Source: Phormidium sp. (GTDB taxonomy: Bacteria > Cyanobacteriota > Cyanobacteriia > Cyanobacteriales > Aerosakkonemataceae). From it: a DNA stretch of 64,000 bases. The notes beneath the pieces are model-generated. The model did not search any database. It worked only from the letters and a program-made list of their open reading frames with translations, and had not been told where the DNA came from. Positions 11,131 to 21,408 of the stretch are shown piece after piece; the first letter of the stretch is position 1; every line of letters starts with the position of its first letter. Both the position numbers and the translations under genes were made by a program. Location: NCBI GenBank assembly GCA_051013385.1, contig CP143273.1, positions 1,888,001-1,952,000 of the forward strand, given 5' to 3'.

Positions 11131-11344
11131 TTTTAGTTTTTTTTAACGCAGATGAATGCAGATGTTTATCAGAGCTTTTGGCTTCGTTTTCTATCTTTTT
11201 TTTACCACAGATGTCCACAGATAAACCCTCATGAACACAGATGTTCATGAGGGTTTTTGGCTTCGTTTTCTATTTTTTTTACCACAGATGTCCACAAATA
11301 AACACAGATGTTATTTAGAATTTTTGGTTAGGTAATTAACTGTT

Positions 11345-11414
11345 GTAGGGGCGAAGCATTCGGGCGACAATTTATGAAATTCAACCAACATATAACTATC
11401 CGAATGCTTCGCCC
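11345..11414. repeat. GTAG-type REP-like hairpin (GTAGGGGCGAAGCATTCGG...CCGAATGCTTCGCCC)
   Basis: Inverted repeat arms; the same arms occur inside the MITE at 29053-29176. Confidence 0.8.
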
Positions 11415-11445
11415 TCCCCCACAGATATCCTGTATCTACATTTAA

Positions 11446-11566
11446 CTTAGATCTTGCACCATTCTCAACAAGGCTGAAAAAACCGGGTTTCTTTATGAAA
11501 AATATAGGCTTTCAGGTTTAGCTATTTGCAAGAAACCCGGTTTTTAGCCCGGGTGCAAGATCTGAG
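11446..11566. mobile_element. MITE, 121 bp
   Basis: 15-bp TIRs CTTAGATCTTGCACC / GGTGCAAGATCTGAG (one mismatch), flanked on both sides by TTTAA (11441-11445, 11567-11571). Internal AAAAACCGGGTTTCTT inverted repeat. Confidence 0.8.
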
Positions 11567-11567
11567 T

Positions 11568-12902
11568 TTAATTCTGTGTTGAGTCAGCTTGATTTTTCAC
11601 TTTCAATGCTTCTTTAGCAGATATTCCTTCGGTTGGAGTACCAAAAAACCAGATTGTTCCGGCTGCTTCGGCGCGAGTCACGGGTTTTTTGGGTTGAAAT
11701 AAAGTCGTGTATCCGTAAACTCGACGAATATTAGAAGCGTCTCCGTTTTGGAAATCTGTTAATAATGCTCTTAAGGCTTTTGGCTCAATTTTAAATGTAT
11801 CTTGAAAACCCCAAGTTTGTTTAATTGCCTCAAATGTTGCGCCGGAATTTACTAATTTTGTATCTAAGGGAACTTTCCAAAGTATCATTTGTTCGCGGGT
11901 TAATGGTGCATCAGGACGAAACAGTAATGCGGTGTTATCTCCTGAAAGTTGACTAGGAATTATTCCGGCTTCTGCTAATCCTTGAATTGCGGCAAAGTCG
12001 GGATCTGTACGCGGTACGTCCTGAAAAGCTGGTTGGGAACTTTCGTTAGCTAATCTGATTTGTTTGGCTGGTTCGTTGGCTTTAATCTGATTATTTGCTG
12101 CCATTAACCAACGGGCAAATTCTCTTTTAGTAATTACTTTGTTTGGGTCAAATATTCTGCTGTTTGGCTCGGTTTTTCCGGCAGTTTTGGCTGGAGTTAA
12201 TACTCCTAATTCGCCTAATTCGGTAATATAAGAACGTAATTCTTTTGGGGCTTTGTTGACATCGGAAAATACTATTGATGTCCCAGTTAAAATTGTGGCA
12301 TCAGGTGCGGAAGTTGCTTCTGGTGTCGGTGTAACAGCTAATTCGGGAGTTGCTTCTGTTGTGGGGTTAGGTGTAACGTTACTTTCTGGGGTTGTTTCGG
12401 CGGTTGTTTGTGGTGTTTCTTTAACGTATTGAATCGTAAATTCTGTAACTTCGGGATTTTGTTTAGGTACAGCAGCAACAGTAACTTTTAAATCGTTTAA
12501 ACGTGCTTCTAAATTACCTGTTTGTTGGTTGGGTTGATCTAAAATTTGCCAGTTATTAGCCTGAAATTGTTGTCTATAGAATGCCTGAATTTTGTCTGTA
12601 GTGTCAGGAGTAAACCAGCGAGTGTTAGTAACTGGTAATGTGGAGGTTACTTCTTGTAGTTGTGCGTTGGGGTAACGAGGAATTTCTGTGGGAAAATCAG
12701 CTGGTAATTCTGCTAGTGGTTGATTTTGGGGTTTCGTATTAGCAACATTCTGCCCTAAGTTAGCAGAGTTTTGTTTTAATTGTGGATCGGCTGCGAAGGT
12801 TTGTTCCAAATTTTTGCTGACTGGAGTATTGGCACAAGCAGTCAGGGAACTTAGCAACAAGATGATTAAACTTAAGGAGATAGCCGGACGTTTAGTATAC
12901 AC
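11568..12902 (-). CDS. S-layer homology (SLH) domain lipoprotein
   Basis: Lipobox LTAC; SLH motifs FSDV...ITKREFA, FQDVP...LTREQM and VTRAEAA. Confidence 0.85.
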   Translation of the reverse strand: MYTKRPAISLSLIILLLSSLTACANTPVSKNLEQTFAADPQLKQNSANLGQNVANTKPQNQPLAELPADFPTEIPRYPNAQLQEVTSTLPVTNTRWFTPDTTDKIQAFYRQQFQANNWQILDQPNQQTGNLEARLNDLKVTVAAVPKQNPEVTEFTIQYVKETPQTTAETTPESNVTPNPTTEATPELAVTPTPEATSAPDATILTGTSIVFSDVNKAPKELRSYITELGELGVLTPAKTAGKTEPNSRIFDPNKVITKREFARWLMAANNQIKANEPAKQIRLANESSQPAFQDVPRTDPDFAAIQGLAEAGIIPSQLSGDNTALLFRPDAPLTREQMILWKVPLDTKLVNSGATFEAIKQTWGFQDTFKIEPKALRALLTDFQNGDASNIRRVYGYTTLFQPKKPVTRAEAAGTIWFFGTPTEGISAKEALKVKNQADSTQN

Positions 12903-13029
12903 CGCAGGAACTCAGAATTCTTTTTCTTCCCTACCCTAGCGTATCAGGAAACAGGTTGCGGGTTTTGGGGGTAATGCGATCGGAAATTACACCCCCAAAA
13001 CCCAGTTTTCCGATCGCCGCCGAGTTAAT

Positions 13030-13290
13030 CTAAAAAATATTCAGGCTATTAGTCATCCTTTCAACACGACTTTGACAAGATGGACAATTACAACCCACAA
13101 TCGATCTCATAATTTCCGATCGTCTATCATTATTTTCTACTGTTAATTGTTGCAGGTTTGATTGCGCGATCGTACTATCTACACTATGAGTGGGTTGTAA
13201 GTTAATTTCCCCAGCTATTGCCGCATTGCTGGATAGTAAAATTATGGCTAGAGAACTACAACCAAGCAAACTCAACTTCTCTGTATTCAT
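13030..13290 (-). CDS. Small secreted protein with a C-terminal GCxCxxC motif
   Basis: Signal-peptide-like N-terminus and GCNCPSC; similar motif in 16780-17133. Confidence 0.65.
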   Translation of the reverse strand: MNTEKLSLLGCSSLAIILLSSNAAIAGEINLQPTHSVDSTIAQSNLQQLTVENNDRRSEIMRSIVGCNCPSCQSRVERMTNSLNIF

Positions 13291-13377
13291 AATTCCAATT
13301 CCCTAACAGTCTCCCTAAGTTATTTTATTAAATGATTGTTGCGATCGCCAACAAGTTCCCATTTTATATCAAATCGG

Positions 13378-13494
13378 AGATCCCCCTAAATCCCCCTTAC
13401 CAAGGGGGACTTAAAACTCTGTATAGTCCCCCTTAGTAAGGGGGACTTAAATTTAGTATGGTTCCCCCCTTGGTAAGGGGGGTTAGGGGGGATC
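13378..13494. repeat. Cyanobacterial CCCCCTAAATCCCCCTT...AAGGGGG palindromic repeat family
   Basis: Nested C-run/G-run inverted repeats; related copies at about 45736-45844 and 52880-52950. Confidence 0.8.
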
Positions 13495-13554
13495 AAGCCT
13501 CTGTAGCAAACATTTACCTAATCCATCTTATCTAGATGCAAAACCTTTTCCCTG

Positions 13555-14601
13555 CTAAACTTTTGACCAAATAATTATTTCTCCGTTGCTACCTCCGGCT
13601 GCTAATTTGTTACCTTGGGGTTGCCAAGCGAGACAGGAAAAAGCTTCACTTGCGCCATCGAAAATTTGGACAATTTCTTCGGCTTCTTGCCAAATTCCAA
13701 TTAATCCGTCTTCGGCTGCGGAGGCGAGGAGAAATGTTTGGGGTTGAAAGGCGATCGCTTGTACAATTCCATCATGGCTATCTAATAATTTACCTTCCCA
13801 ACCTATTGATTCGTCAGCGGCTTTTTCCCAAATTACAACACTTTGACCACTAGCTGCTGCTAAAAGTGGCGCACCAATTGATGTTAACAAATCTGACCAA
13901 TTTAAGGCGCGAATTTTACCGGGAAAACCTCGCATTACCCAAGGTTCAGGACTATCCCATTGCCAAACTACTAAGGTATTATCTAAATTTCCTGAAGCAA
14001 TAAATTTGCTGTCTGCTGACCATGCTAAATTTAAACTGGCAACCGGAATTTCTAAATTTGTTGGATCGTCATCCCAATTTTTCGCATCCCAAATTTTTAC
14101 GCCTAAATGTCCGCTAATTGCTAAGTTTTCCCCGTTAGGTCGCCAAGCTATACTTAATACTGAAGATGACTCAAAATTGAGGGTTACTTCTACTTCTTGG
14201 CTGTCAGCATTCCAAATTTGTACATATTTTCCCATGCTAAATGCTAGCTGGTTAGTGTGGGGATGCCATGCTAGTTTATCAACCCAATTCGTGGCGTTTT
14301 CTAAAGTGCTAATTAGTTGGGTTTCTTCTGGTTGTAACCGCCAAATTTTGACTTCTCCGTTTTGTCCTCCTGCTGCTAAGTATTTTCCATCAGCAGAAAA
14401 GCCAAGACAATCTACAGATTTGTCGTTTGCTGTTTGGAGATAAGTAAGGTTTTGGGATTTTTTTAATAAGATAATTTCTCCGGCTGCGGAACTGGCGGCG
14501 AGAGTTTTTCCATCAGTTGACCAAGCTACAACGGTGATATAATCTGATAATGTACCTTGCCAAGTTTGGTCGAGGATTTTGTTAGCTGCTAAACTAAACA
14601 C
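13555..14601 (-). CDS. WD40-repeat protein
   Basis: Repeated AWS.DG..LA.....G.V.IW units; start overlaps the stop of the COG0523 gene. Confidence 0.92.
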   Translation of the reverse strand: MFSLAANKILDQTWQGTLSDYITVVAWSTDGKTLAASSAAGEIILLKKSQNLTYLQTANDKSVDCLGFSADGKYLAAGGQNGEVKIWRLQPEETQLISTLENATNWVDKLAWHPHTNQLAFSMGKYVQIWNADSQEVEVTLNFESSSVLSIAWRPNGENLAISGHLGVKIWDAKNWDDDPTNLEIPVASLNLAWSADSKFIASGNLDNTLVVWQWDSPEPWVMRGFPGKIRALNWSDLLTSIGAPLLAAASGQSVVIWEKAADESIGWEGKLLDSHDGIVQAIAFQPQTFLLASAAEDGLIGIWQEAEEIVQIFDGASEAFSCLAWQPQGNKLAAGGSNGEIIIWSKV

Positions 14602-15557
14602 TGGCGAAAGTCCTCTTTTAATTGTGCTTCATCTAAGTTGCGTCCGATAAAAACTAATTCGTTTTTTCGGGTTTCGTTGGGTTTCCATTTGCGATCGGGT
14701 TTTCCTTCAAATATCATGTGTACGCCTTGGAATACAAAGCGTTGATCTTCTCCTGCTAGGTTTAATATGCCTTTCATCCGAAAGATATCTGTTCCTTGAG
14801 TTCGCAATAAGTTAGATATCCAGTTGTTGAGTTTTTCTTCGTCTAATTCGCCTGATTCTACTATGGCGATCGATCCAACCGTTTCATCATGTTCATGGGC
14901 GTTTTCGTTGAGAAATTGCGGATCGATTTCTAAGGCGCGATTCAAATCAAAGGCGTTTACTCCTAACAATGCTTCCATTTCTAATTCGGCGTTTTGAGTA
15001 CGATAAATTTTCGCCATTACATTCATCGCCCGGATTTTCTTTTCTAATTCTTCTAGTTCTTCGGAGGTAACTAAATCGATTTTGTTTAATAATATGACAT
15101 CGGCAAAGGCGATTTGTTCTTGGGCTTCGTCGGTTTCCCAATGTTGCCAAATATGTTTCGCATCGACTACGGTTACTACTGCGTCTAAGGAGATTTTATC
15201 TCTCATGTCTTCATCGACAAAGAAGGTTTGAATTACTGGGGCGGGATCGGCTAATCCGGTGGTTTCAATTACTAGGTGATCGAATTTGTTGCGGCGTTTC
15301 ATTAGGTTGCCAATTATCCGAATTAAGTCGCCTCGAACTGTACAACAAATGCAGCCGTTGTTCATTTCAAATATTTCTTCGTCTGCGTCGATTATTAGTT
15401 GGTTGTCTATGCCAACTTCGCCAAATTCGTTAACGATTACGGCGACTTTTTTGCCGTGTTCGTGGGTTAAAATTCGGTTGAGTAGGGTGGTTTTTCCTGC
15501 ACCTAAGTAGCCTGTTAGTACGGTGACGGGGACGAATCCATTTGTTGTGTTTACCAC
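14589..15557 (-). CDS. COG0523/CobW-family G3E GTPase metallochaperone
   Basis: GYLGAGKTT, NEFGE, GCICC, IETTGLA, NKID and CobW_C RMKG motifs. GTG at 15557 has an AGAGG RBS; ORF track start is 15617. Confidence 0.93.
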   Translation of the reverse strand: MVNTTNGFVPVTVLTGYLGAGKTTLLNRILTHEHGKKVAVIVNEFGEVGIDNQLIIDADEEIFEMNNGCICCTVRGDLIRIIGNLMKRRNKFDHLVIETTGLADPAPVIQTFFVDEDMRDKISLDAVVTVVDAKHIWQHWETDEAQEQIAFADVILLNKIDLVTSEELEELEKKIRAMNVMAKIYRTQNAELEMEALLGVNAFDLNRALEIDPQFLNENAHEHDETVGSIAIVESGELDEEKLNNWISNLLRTQGTDIFRMKGILNLAGEDQRFVFQGVHMIFEGKPDRKWKPNETRKNELVFIGRNLDEAQLKEDFRQCLV

Positions 15558-15798
15558 TGTTATTGCCTCTCTGTTGATATTTAGTTGGCTTCGTAATTTC
15601 TTTTTTTTTTGAACCACGAAGGCACGAAGGACACGAAGGAAGAAGAAGAAGAAGAGGATTTGAGAAATTAAGCAGTCTTAATTATTTGTGATTTTTCCTT
15701 TTTTTGAACCGCAGAGACGCAGAGGACACGGAGGAGGAGTTAAGGGGGGGTTATTTCACATTTTAGTTAAGGCTGCTATGGTTTAGAGAAGTGATATT

Positions 15799-15813
15799 TT
15801 ATAATCATTCTCA
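15799..15813 (-). promoter_or_regulatory. Candidate Zur box upstream of COG0523-WD40
   Basis: Minus strand TGAGAATGATTATAA has two mismatches to the cyanobacterial Zur consensus TGATAATnATTATCA and overlaps a TAAAAT -10-like hexamer. Confidence 0.6.
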
Positions 15814-15820
15814 TTTTACT

Positions 15821-16726
15821 TTAGTTTTGTAAAAATGGTAGGATTTCGGCGGCGATTTCTTGGGGGAATTCTTCGTGCATTCCTAAAGAACCTGGAAGGC
15901 GGCGGGTTTGAATGTTGGGTAGTTGGGCTAGGTTGTCCATTTCTTGTTTTGATTTGGGGGGACATTGTTCGCCAATTACTATCATTATTGGTAGGGAAAT
16001 TGAGTTAAATAAACTGAGGAATTCGCTGTTTGTTTGGATGGGATCTAATGCGCCTGTGACGAAGGCGACGGGGGCAAATCTTCCGCCTGGTTTTTGGGTG
16101 ATTTGCCATTTGCGATCGATAAAATCAGATGTAAGTATTTTTGGATCGGTGAATACGTGGCTTTGATACATATAACTTAGGAAGGGTGGCGCAGTGTTCA
16201 GGTTGTAGAGAATGTCGCCTAAAATTGGCGATCGCACTGTCTCCCGAATTATACTAAACCAATCTTGCTGTTTTCCTGCCATTGTGGGCAAGGGGCCTCG
16301 CCAAGTCGGGGCGGTTAAAACTATATGCGAAAATAATTCTGGTTGTTGATTCGCTAACCCCATCACGTAACCTGCGCTGTGTCCGGCTGCGACGACGGCT
16401 ACGGGTGTTTTAAAGATGGTTTTGACGAAATCTGCCAAAAATTGCTGATATATGGCTGGTTTGTAGTCTAGGGGTGGGCGATCGGATTCGCCAAAACCGG
16501 GCCAATCTAATGTTACTGTTTGAAAATACGGCGCTAGTAAGTTGGCGATTCCTGCGATTTCGGAACGGCTGGAAACTGTGCTAAAAGCGGGTAAGAGTAA
16601 GACTGGTGTTCCTTCGCCTGCGGTTTCGTAAACTACCCACAATTGTTGACCTTGCCAGTTCCAAGCGTATTTTTGCAAAAGGCTGTTGGTGTTTGTGGGG
16701 GAAGTTGCTGGAGTTGTGGTGTTCAT
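15821..16726 (-). CDS. Alpha/beta-fold hydrolase
   Basis: LDWPGFGES, AGHSAG and GMHEE motifs. Confidence 0.88.
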   Translation of the reverse strand: MNTTTPATSPTNTNSLLQKYAWNWQGQQLWVVYETAGEGTPVLLLPAFSTVSSRSEIAGIANLLAPYFQTVTLDWPGFGESDRPPLDYKPAIYQQFLADFVKTIFKTPVAVVAAGHSAGYVMGLANQQPELFSHIVLTAPTWRGPLPTMAGKQQDWFSIIRETVRSPILGDILYNLNTAPPFLSYMYQSHVFTDPKILTSDFIDRKWQITQKPGGRFAPVAFVTGALDPIQTNSEFLSLFNSISLPIMIVIGEQCPPKSKQEMDNLAQLPNIQTRRLPGSLGMHEEFPQEIAAEILPFLQN

Positions 16727-16779
16727 GGCTAGAAGGGAAAAAGGTTTTCGTTTGCATCCGTTCTAGCCTTTAATTTAGG

Positions 16780-17133
16780 TCAGGTTGGCTGACCTCGCAA
16801 CTGTCGCAAGGAACGAACACAGGCGGGACAATCGCAACCAAACAACGCTACGGCAGATTCGCTTTCTTCTTCAGTAAAATCTAACATGGGTGAGTTGTCT
16901 TCCCCTGGTTGCGCGTTAGTTGGTGTCACCATCGCTATTGGTAAACTTGATTTTTTGACACACACTAATTTCTTGGTGTGTACGGAAGGGCTACAAACTA
17001 AATCCTGTTTATTCGCTTCCGCAGTTTGGCTAATTATTTCCGATGCTTGTGCGGGGTTGATGGTGACAAACAATGACAGTATAGACCCCAAAAGTGTCGG
17101 TCTAGTCAGTAAAACCAGAAAAATTCTACTCAT
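16780..17133 (-). CDS. Small secreted protein with a C-terminal GCxCxxC motif
   Basis: Signal peptide ending in PAQA; FGCDCPACVRSLRQLRG. Confidence 0.75.
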   Translation of the reverse strand: MSRIFLVLLTRPTLLGSILSLFVTINPAQASEIISQTAEANKQDLVCSPSVHTKKLVCVKKSSLPIAMVTPTNAQPGEDNSPMLDFTEEESESAVALFGCDCPACVRSLRQLRGQPT

Positions 17134-17296
17134 TGGCTTCCATCACAGATATCTACTTTTTTGCACAGATTATCAGGTATCATACCCCAAAAAGGAATAG
17201 GAAACCAGTAATTTCCCAAATTTCTCTATTAATTTGACTTATCACTTCCTCCTTCTCTCTGTGTCCTCTGTGCCTCTGCGGTTCCTAAAATAAGTT

Positions 17297-18691
17297 TTAT
17301 TCTAAAATCACATAATTTACTAAGTCGGTGATTTGGGGATCGGGAAAGCGATTTAAGATACGCCAAAGTACTGTATAACTACCATCAGCATTGCGCGAAA
17401 CTGGGCGAAAGGCAATTAATAAATCGCTGCTGGGTGTTGTTAGTAACAATTCCAAATTTCGGCGTTGTCTTTTGGTAATTCGTTCATTGTTTAAAACTGC
17501 TTCTGGTAGTTGAAATTGCACTGTTCGCACTAAATAAGTATGGTTGAAAACTGCTGGCGCTTGGGCAAAAAGTTTAATGCAACATAAGTCTTCAATTTTG
17601 CCTGTAATGAAGAGGCGACGATCGATCTGCAACGCTTCCAATCTATCCGGTGGTTGATATTTTAGGAAAAATTCTCTCGTAGGTTCAGCAACATTTAATA
17701 AGTTAGCATCCAGATTTTGAATCGGTACATCTCCTAAGTCTTCAATAAACCCATAATTTAATCCTCGTTGGACAATTTGAAATTGATTATTGTCAAGTTG
17801 AATTTCTAAACGGGGAAGAAATACGCCTGTTTCGGCTAAAGGTGGATATGGAAAACGTTCTAATCTACTTGCTAATAATCTACTACGTAATTCTTTCGCG
17901 TCTTGGCGATAAAATTCTGCTGGTAATATTCGGGCAATTCCTGTGTTTTCTAATGCGAGAAATGGACTGTATAATTGATTAAGTGCTTCGGAAATATCGT
18001 AGGAATCTTCTATTTGTTGATTGGGAAAATTAAACCTAGTTGGAGGGGGAAAGAGTGCGGTTGCTTGGGAGAGTAATCTTCTGGTGTTTAACAGGGGGGT
18101 AGTTGCTTCGATCGAAATGGCGATCGCAGGTAAAACTGGCGGTAAATATCCCTCTATTGGTTGTTTAGCTTCTCTGCCAATTAACGGCGGTTCTGGTGAA
18201 GGTAAAGGTGCGATTTGTGGAGGCGAAATTGGTTGTACATCACCCAATCTAACTAATCTTCCGTTAACGATCGGTTTAATGGTTTCTAAGTTGCTGGTGG
18301 AAATGTAAAGGTAACAGTAAAGTTGTAATTGTTCGTTGCTTAAATTAGCCAATAGTGGCGGGTTAATAACATTTCCTGAACTCACCGATCGGCAAAGATT
18401 GACTGGGGAAGCGTAGTAGCGTCTGAGGAAGCGATCGACTGCTGAGGTATGGAGGAAAAGTTGCGATCGTACTCCTCTGAGAAATTCTGGATCGGCGCTG
18501 GCGATCGCCTTTTCCAACCGAGAAACTAAAAATATTTGTTCCTGTATTAGTTGCTGTGCTGGTTGCCAAAAATCCGCACTTTGACTAGATTGATATGAAG
18601 GCATAAAGGGATTTTCTTGGGCTTTGGCAACCTGGGGGAAAAATAAAAAAAGTGGTAATAGCAAAGTTAAAGGGTTTTTCATGTTTTGCAA
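17297..18691 (-). CDS. Hypothetical secreted protein
   Basis: 464-aa ORF with an AKA signal-peptide cleavage motif; no family recognised. Confidence 0.7.
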   Translation of the reverse strand: MQNMKNPLTLLLPLFLFFPQVAKAQENPFMPSYQSSQSADFWQPAQQLIQEQIFLVSRLEKAIASADPEFLRGVRSQLFLHTSAVDRFLRRYYASPVNLCRSVSSGNVINPPLLANLSNEQLQLYCYLYISTSNLETIKPIVNGRLVRLGDVQPISPPQIAPLPSPEPPLIGREAKQPIEGYLPPVLPAIAISIEATTPLLNTRRLLSQATALFPPPTRFNFPNQQIEDSYDISEALNQLYSPFLALENTGIARILPAEFYRQDAKELRSRLLASRLERFPYPPLAETGVFLPRLEIQLDNNQFQIVQRGLNYGFIEDLGDVPIQNLDANLLNVAEPTREFFLKYQPPDRLEALQIDRRLFITGKIEDLCCIKLFAQAPAVFNHTYLVRTVQFQLPEAVLNNERITKRQRRNLELLLTTPSSDLLIAFRPVSRNADGSYTVLWRILNRFPDPQITDLVNYVILE

Positions 18692-18727
18692 TTTTTCTAA
18701 TTACCAACCACCTTTTTAGCACATCTT

Positions 18728-19909
18728 TTAACTTTGCTGATCTTGGATATTTTGCTCATCCTCTTTAGGTTGGGTTTTTGAAGCTGCTAATTCTTCTTTT
18801 GGCGACTCATTTGGTATTACTACGACATTATGTGTGCGATCATCTTTCTTTTTGCCCCATTGATCCAGTACATCTTTAATTAATACTTCATTAATCCAAA
18901 CTTTTGCTACCACTGTAATTGGCAAGGCTAAAACTAATCCCAAAAATCCAAAGAATGTGGCAAAAACTACCTGGCACACCAAGGTAATTGCGGGTAAAAG
19001 TGCTACCTGTTGTGCCATTACGTATGGAGTAATGAAATTACTTTCCAGTTGTTGAATAAATATGTAAAGAATTAATACAAAAAGAGATTTCCAAGGATTA
19101 TCTAATAGCGCTACACCCATCGGTAAAACTACACTTAATGTAGGCCCAATATTGGGAATAAAATTTAGTAACCCTGCTAAAACTCCTTGTGCTAAGGCTA
19201 ATCTAACGCCAATAATTGAGAGTCCAACAAAACTTAATAAGGCAACCAAAGTCATACTAATGATTGCGCCAATTACCCATTTTCCTAATGAGATTTCACA
19301 TTCGGTTAAAATTTCTTCTACTCGCCGTCGATAAAAAGAGGGAAATAGCCGGACAAATATTTTGCGATAAGCTTGGGGTTGAGCTAACATCATTATTGTT
19401 AAAACTAGGACAAATAAAAAGCTCAAAAGCATCCCTAATGTATTAGAAACAAATACACCTGCACCACCAACTAATGATTGCACTAAAGGTTGTAATTGTT
19501 GGAATAATTGTTGGCTAGGTCGGAAAGCTTGTGTATTAATAGTTGGTCGGGGTAGAAATTGATTTATCCAAGGTGGTAAGTCATTAATCAGTTGTCTGAG
19601 TCTGGTATTCCAAATGTCGATCGCCTTCGGAAACAATTCAATAAGTTCTTGAGATTGGGCAATAAAAGGCGGTACAATTAAGAAGAAAAAGCCAATCGTA
19701 ACGGCAAAAAATAAAACTAAGGAAACTATTACTGACCAAAATCGAGGCAGTTTTAATTTTCTAGTTAACCAACGGACTAATTGATTTAAGGAAGTGGCAA
19801 ATACAATAGCCGCAAATACTAGCAAAAGCAATTGCCGGATTTCCCAAAGTACATATAAACAAATAATAAGAACTAATAAGCCGATTATTTGACCAAATTT
19901 CACTGTCAT
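18728..19909 (-). CDS. AI-2E family transporter
   Basis: Multi-TM protein; FIPNIGP, QQLESNFITP and GFLGLVLALP motifs. Confidence 0.9.
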   Translation of the reverse strand: MTVKFGQIIGLLVLIICLYVLWEIRQLLLLVFAAIVFATSLNQLVRWLTRKLKLPRFWSVIVSLVLFFAVTIGFFFLIVPPFIAQSQELIELFPKAIDIWNTRLRQLINDLPPWINQFLPRPTINTQAFRPSQQLFQQLQPLVQSLVGGAGVFVSNTLGMLLSFLFVLVLTIMMLAQPQAYRKIFVRLFPSFYRRRVEEILTECEISLGKWVIGAIISMTLVALLSFVGLSIIGVRLALAQGVLAGLLNFIPNIGPTLSVVLPMGVALLDNPWKSLFVLILYIFIQQLESNFITPYVMAQQVALLPAITLVCQVVFATFFGFLGLVLALPITVVAKVWINEVLIKDVLDQWGKKKDDRTHNVVVIPNESPKEELAASKTQPKEDEQNIQDQQS

Positions 19910-19975
19910 TACTCCCTAATAGTTAGCTTATTTAACAGTTGAGTTGACATCATAACTTGCTTGTCACATTTAACT

Positions 19976-20164
19976 TCAGGTTTGCTGTTGTTGATATCGC
20001 CACCAGAGAGCGATCGCTAACACTATACTAGGCAATAGTACAATTATTAAAGCAAGTCCTGATTCTGCGGTAACATTTAAATAGGGACAAACATATTTAA
20101 TAATTAACGACAAAACTGCGGAAAGGATAAATACTTTAAGAATAAATTCGGTTTTATTTTCCAT
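19976..20164 (-). CDS. Small two-TM membrane protein
   Basis: 62 aa with two hydrophobic segments; co-oriented with its neighbours. Confidence 0.65.
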   Translation of the reverse strand: MENKTEFILKVFILSAVLSLIIKYVCPYLNVTAESGLALIIVLLPSIVLAIALWWRYQQQQT

Positions 20165-20334
20165 TGTTTTTTTCCGTAAATGAAGGGGAACTTTTACAAT
20201 ATATATCTAAAATTCCCCGAAATTTTGGTAAATTTGAGTTTGTTACTATTGCGGCAGAAATAAGTACATAGTTACCAACAGGTGAAAAAGCTTTATCTTA
20301 GCCTTCTTTCCTTACAACCCCCTGCCTTCTACAA

Positions 20335-21354
20335 CTATCGTCGATATTCATCACCACAATCACCAATATATTTGAATAAATCTTGGGATTGTTGCGTAAC
20401 AGTATTAATCTGTTCCAGATCTTCTTGATCCAAGCTCAAATTAAATACTTTAGCGTTATCCTCAATATGTTCAGAGATTCCTAATCTTGCGCCGACAATT
20501 ACACCTCCAACTGCTGGTTTATCAAGTATATAACGAACTGCAACATTAGGAATACTAACTTGGTGTTTGCTGGCAATTCTTTGTAAAACTTCAAGCAACT
20601 CTTGGAATAAAGTCCAACCTCCCCAAGCGTCAATCATATTTTTATATTTCCGCAAGGACACTGTTTCTAAAGTCATCGGATTTGGTTCTGGTTGACCGAG
20701 ATATTTTTCTGATAAAAAGCCACCACAAACAGTTCCGTAAGTGAAAAGTTTAATATTGTGCTGTTCACAAAATGGGATCATTTTGACTTCGGGACGGCGA
20801 TCGACTAAAGAAAATTGCACTTGATTGGAAACAATTTTGATCTCATTCTCTAAAATAATTTGCAAATGTTCTGTGTCAAAATTGGTTAAAGCTAAATGCT
20901 TAATTTTTCCTTCTAGTTGCAATTCGGTCATGTATTTTAGGGCATCTAAGTAGTTAAAATCGCGATATTCCCACCAGTGAAATTGCATTAAATCCAGAGA
21001 TTCTACTCCCATTCTGCGGCGAGAAATATCAATATTATCTTCCACTATTTTCCGGGTCATTTTCCCTGGTCTTGGCACCCATTTAGTGAAAGCTTGAATA
21101 TTAGATAATGCAGCTTCTCCACTGTTAGCAACAAGGTGACGACGAAATTCGCCAATCAAGTCTTCTGCTGGCCCATAATGGTCGGCTAAGTCCCAAGTTG
21201 TAAAGCCTGCATCGACGTATTTAAACATAGTTTCGATCGCAGCTTTCGGGTTAATTCTTCCATGTGCGCCAGACACTTGCCACATTCCGTTTAAGATGCG
21301 ACAAATATTTAAATCTGGCGTAAATTGCAATCGGCTTGATGCTGGTAAATTCAT
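20335..21354 (-). CDS. Aldo/keto reductase
   Basis: WDLADHYG, TKW, LDLMQFHW, GKIKHLALTNF and SNQVQFS motifs. Confidence 0.92.
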   Translation of the reverse strand: MNLPASSRLQFTPDLNICRILNGMWQVSGAHGRINPKAAIETMFKYVDAGFTTWDLADHYGPAEDLIGEFRRHLVANSGEAALSNIQAFTKWVPRPGKMTRKIVEDNIDISRRRMGVESLDLMQFHWWEYRDFNYLDALKYMTELQLEGKIKHLALTNFDTEHLQIILENEIKIVSNQVQFSLVDRRPEVKMIPFCEQHNIKLFTYGTVCGGFLSEKYLGQPEPNPMTLETVSLRKYKNMIDAWGGWTLFQELLEVLQRIASKHQVSIPNVAVRYILDKPAVGGVIVGARLGISEHIEDNAKVFNLSLDQEDLEQINTVTQQSQDLFKYIGDCGDEYRR

Positions 21355-21408
21355 CGACTACTAAATTCCTTGGTTAAAAGCAGATGCCATAGATTTTAAC
21401 ATTATGAA

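Noticed and set aside
11140..11320. Two ~75-bp direct repeats with CACAGATG units and ORF 11063-11248
   Set aside because: Ordinary short-repeat-derived intergenic duplication; the ORF has no protein-like features
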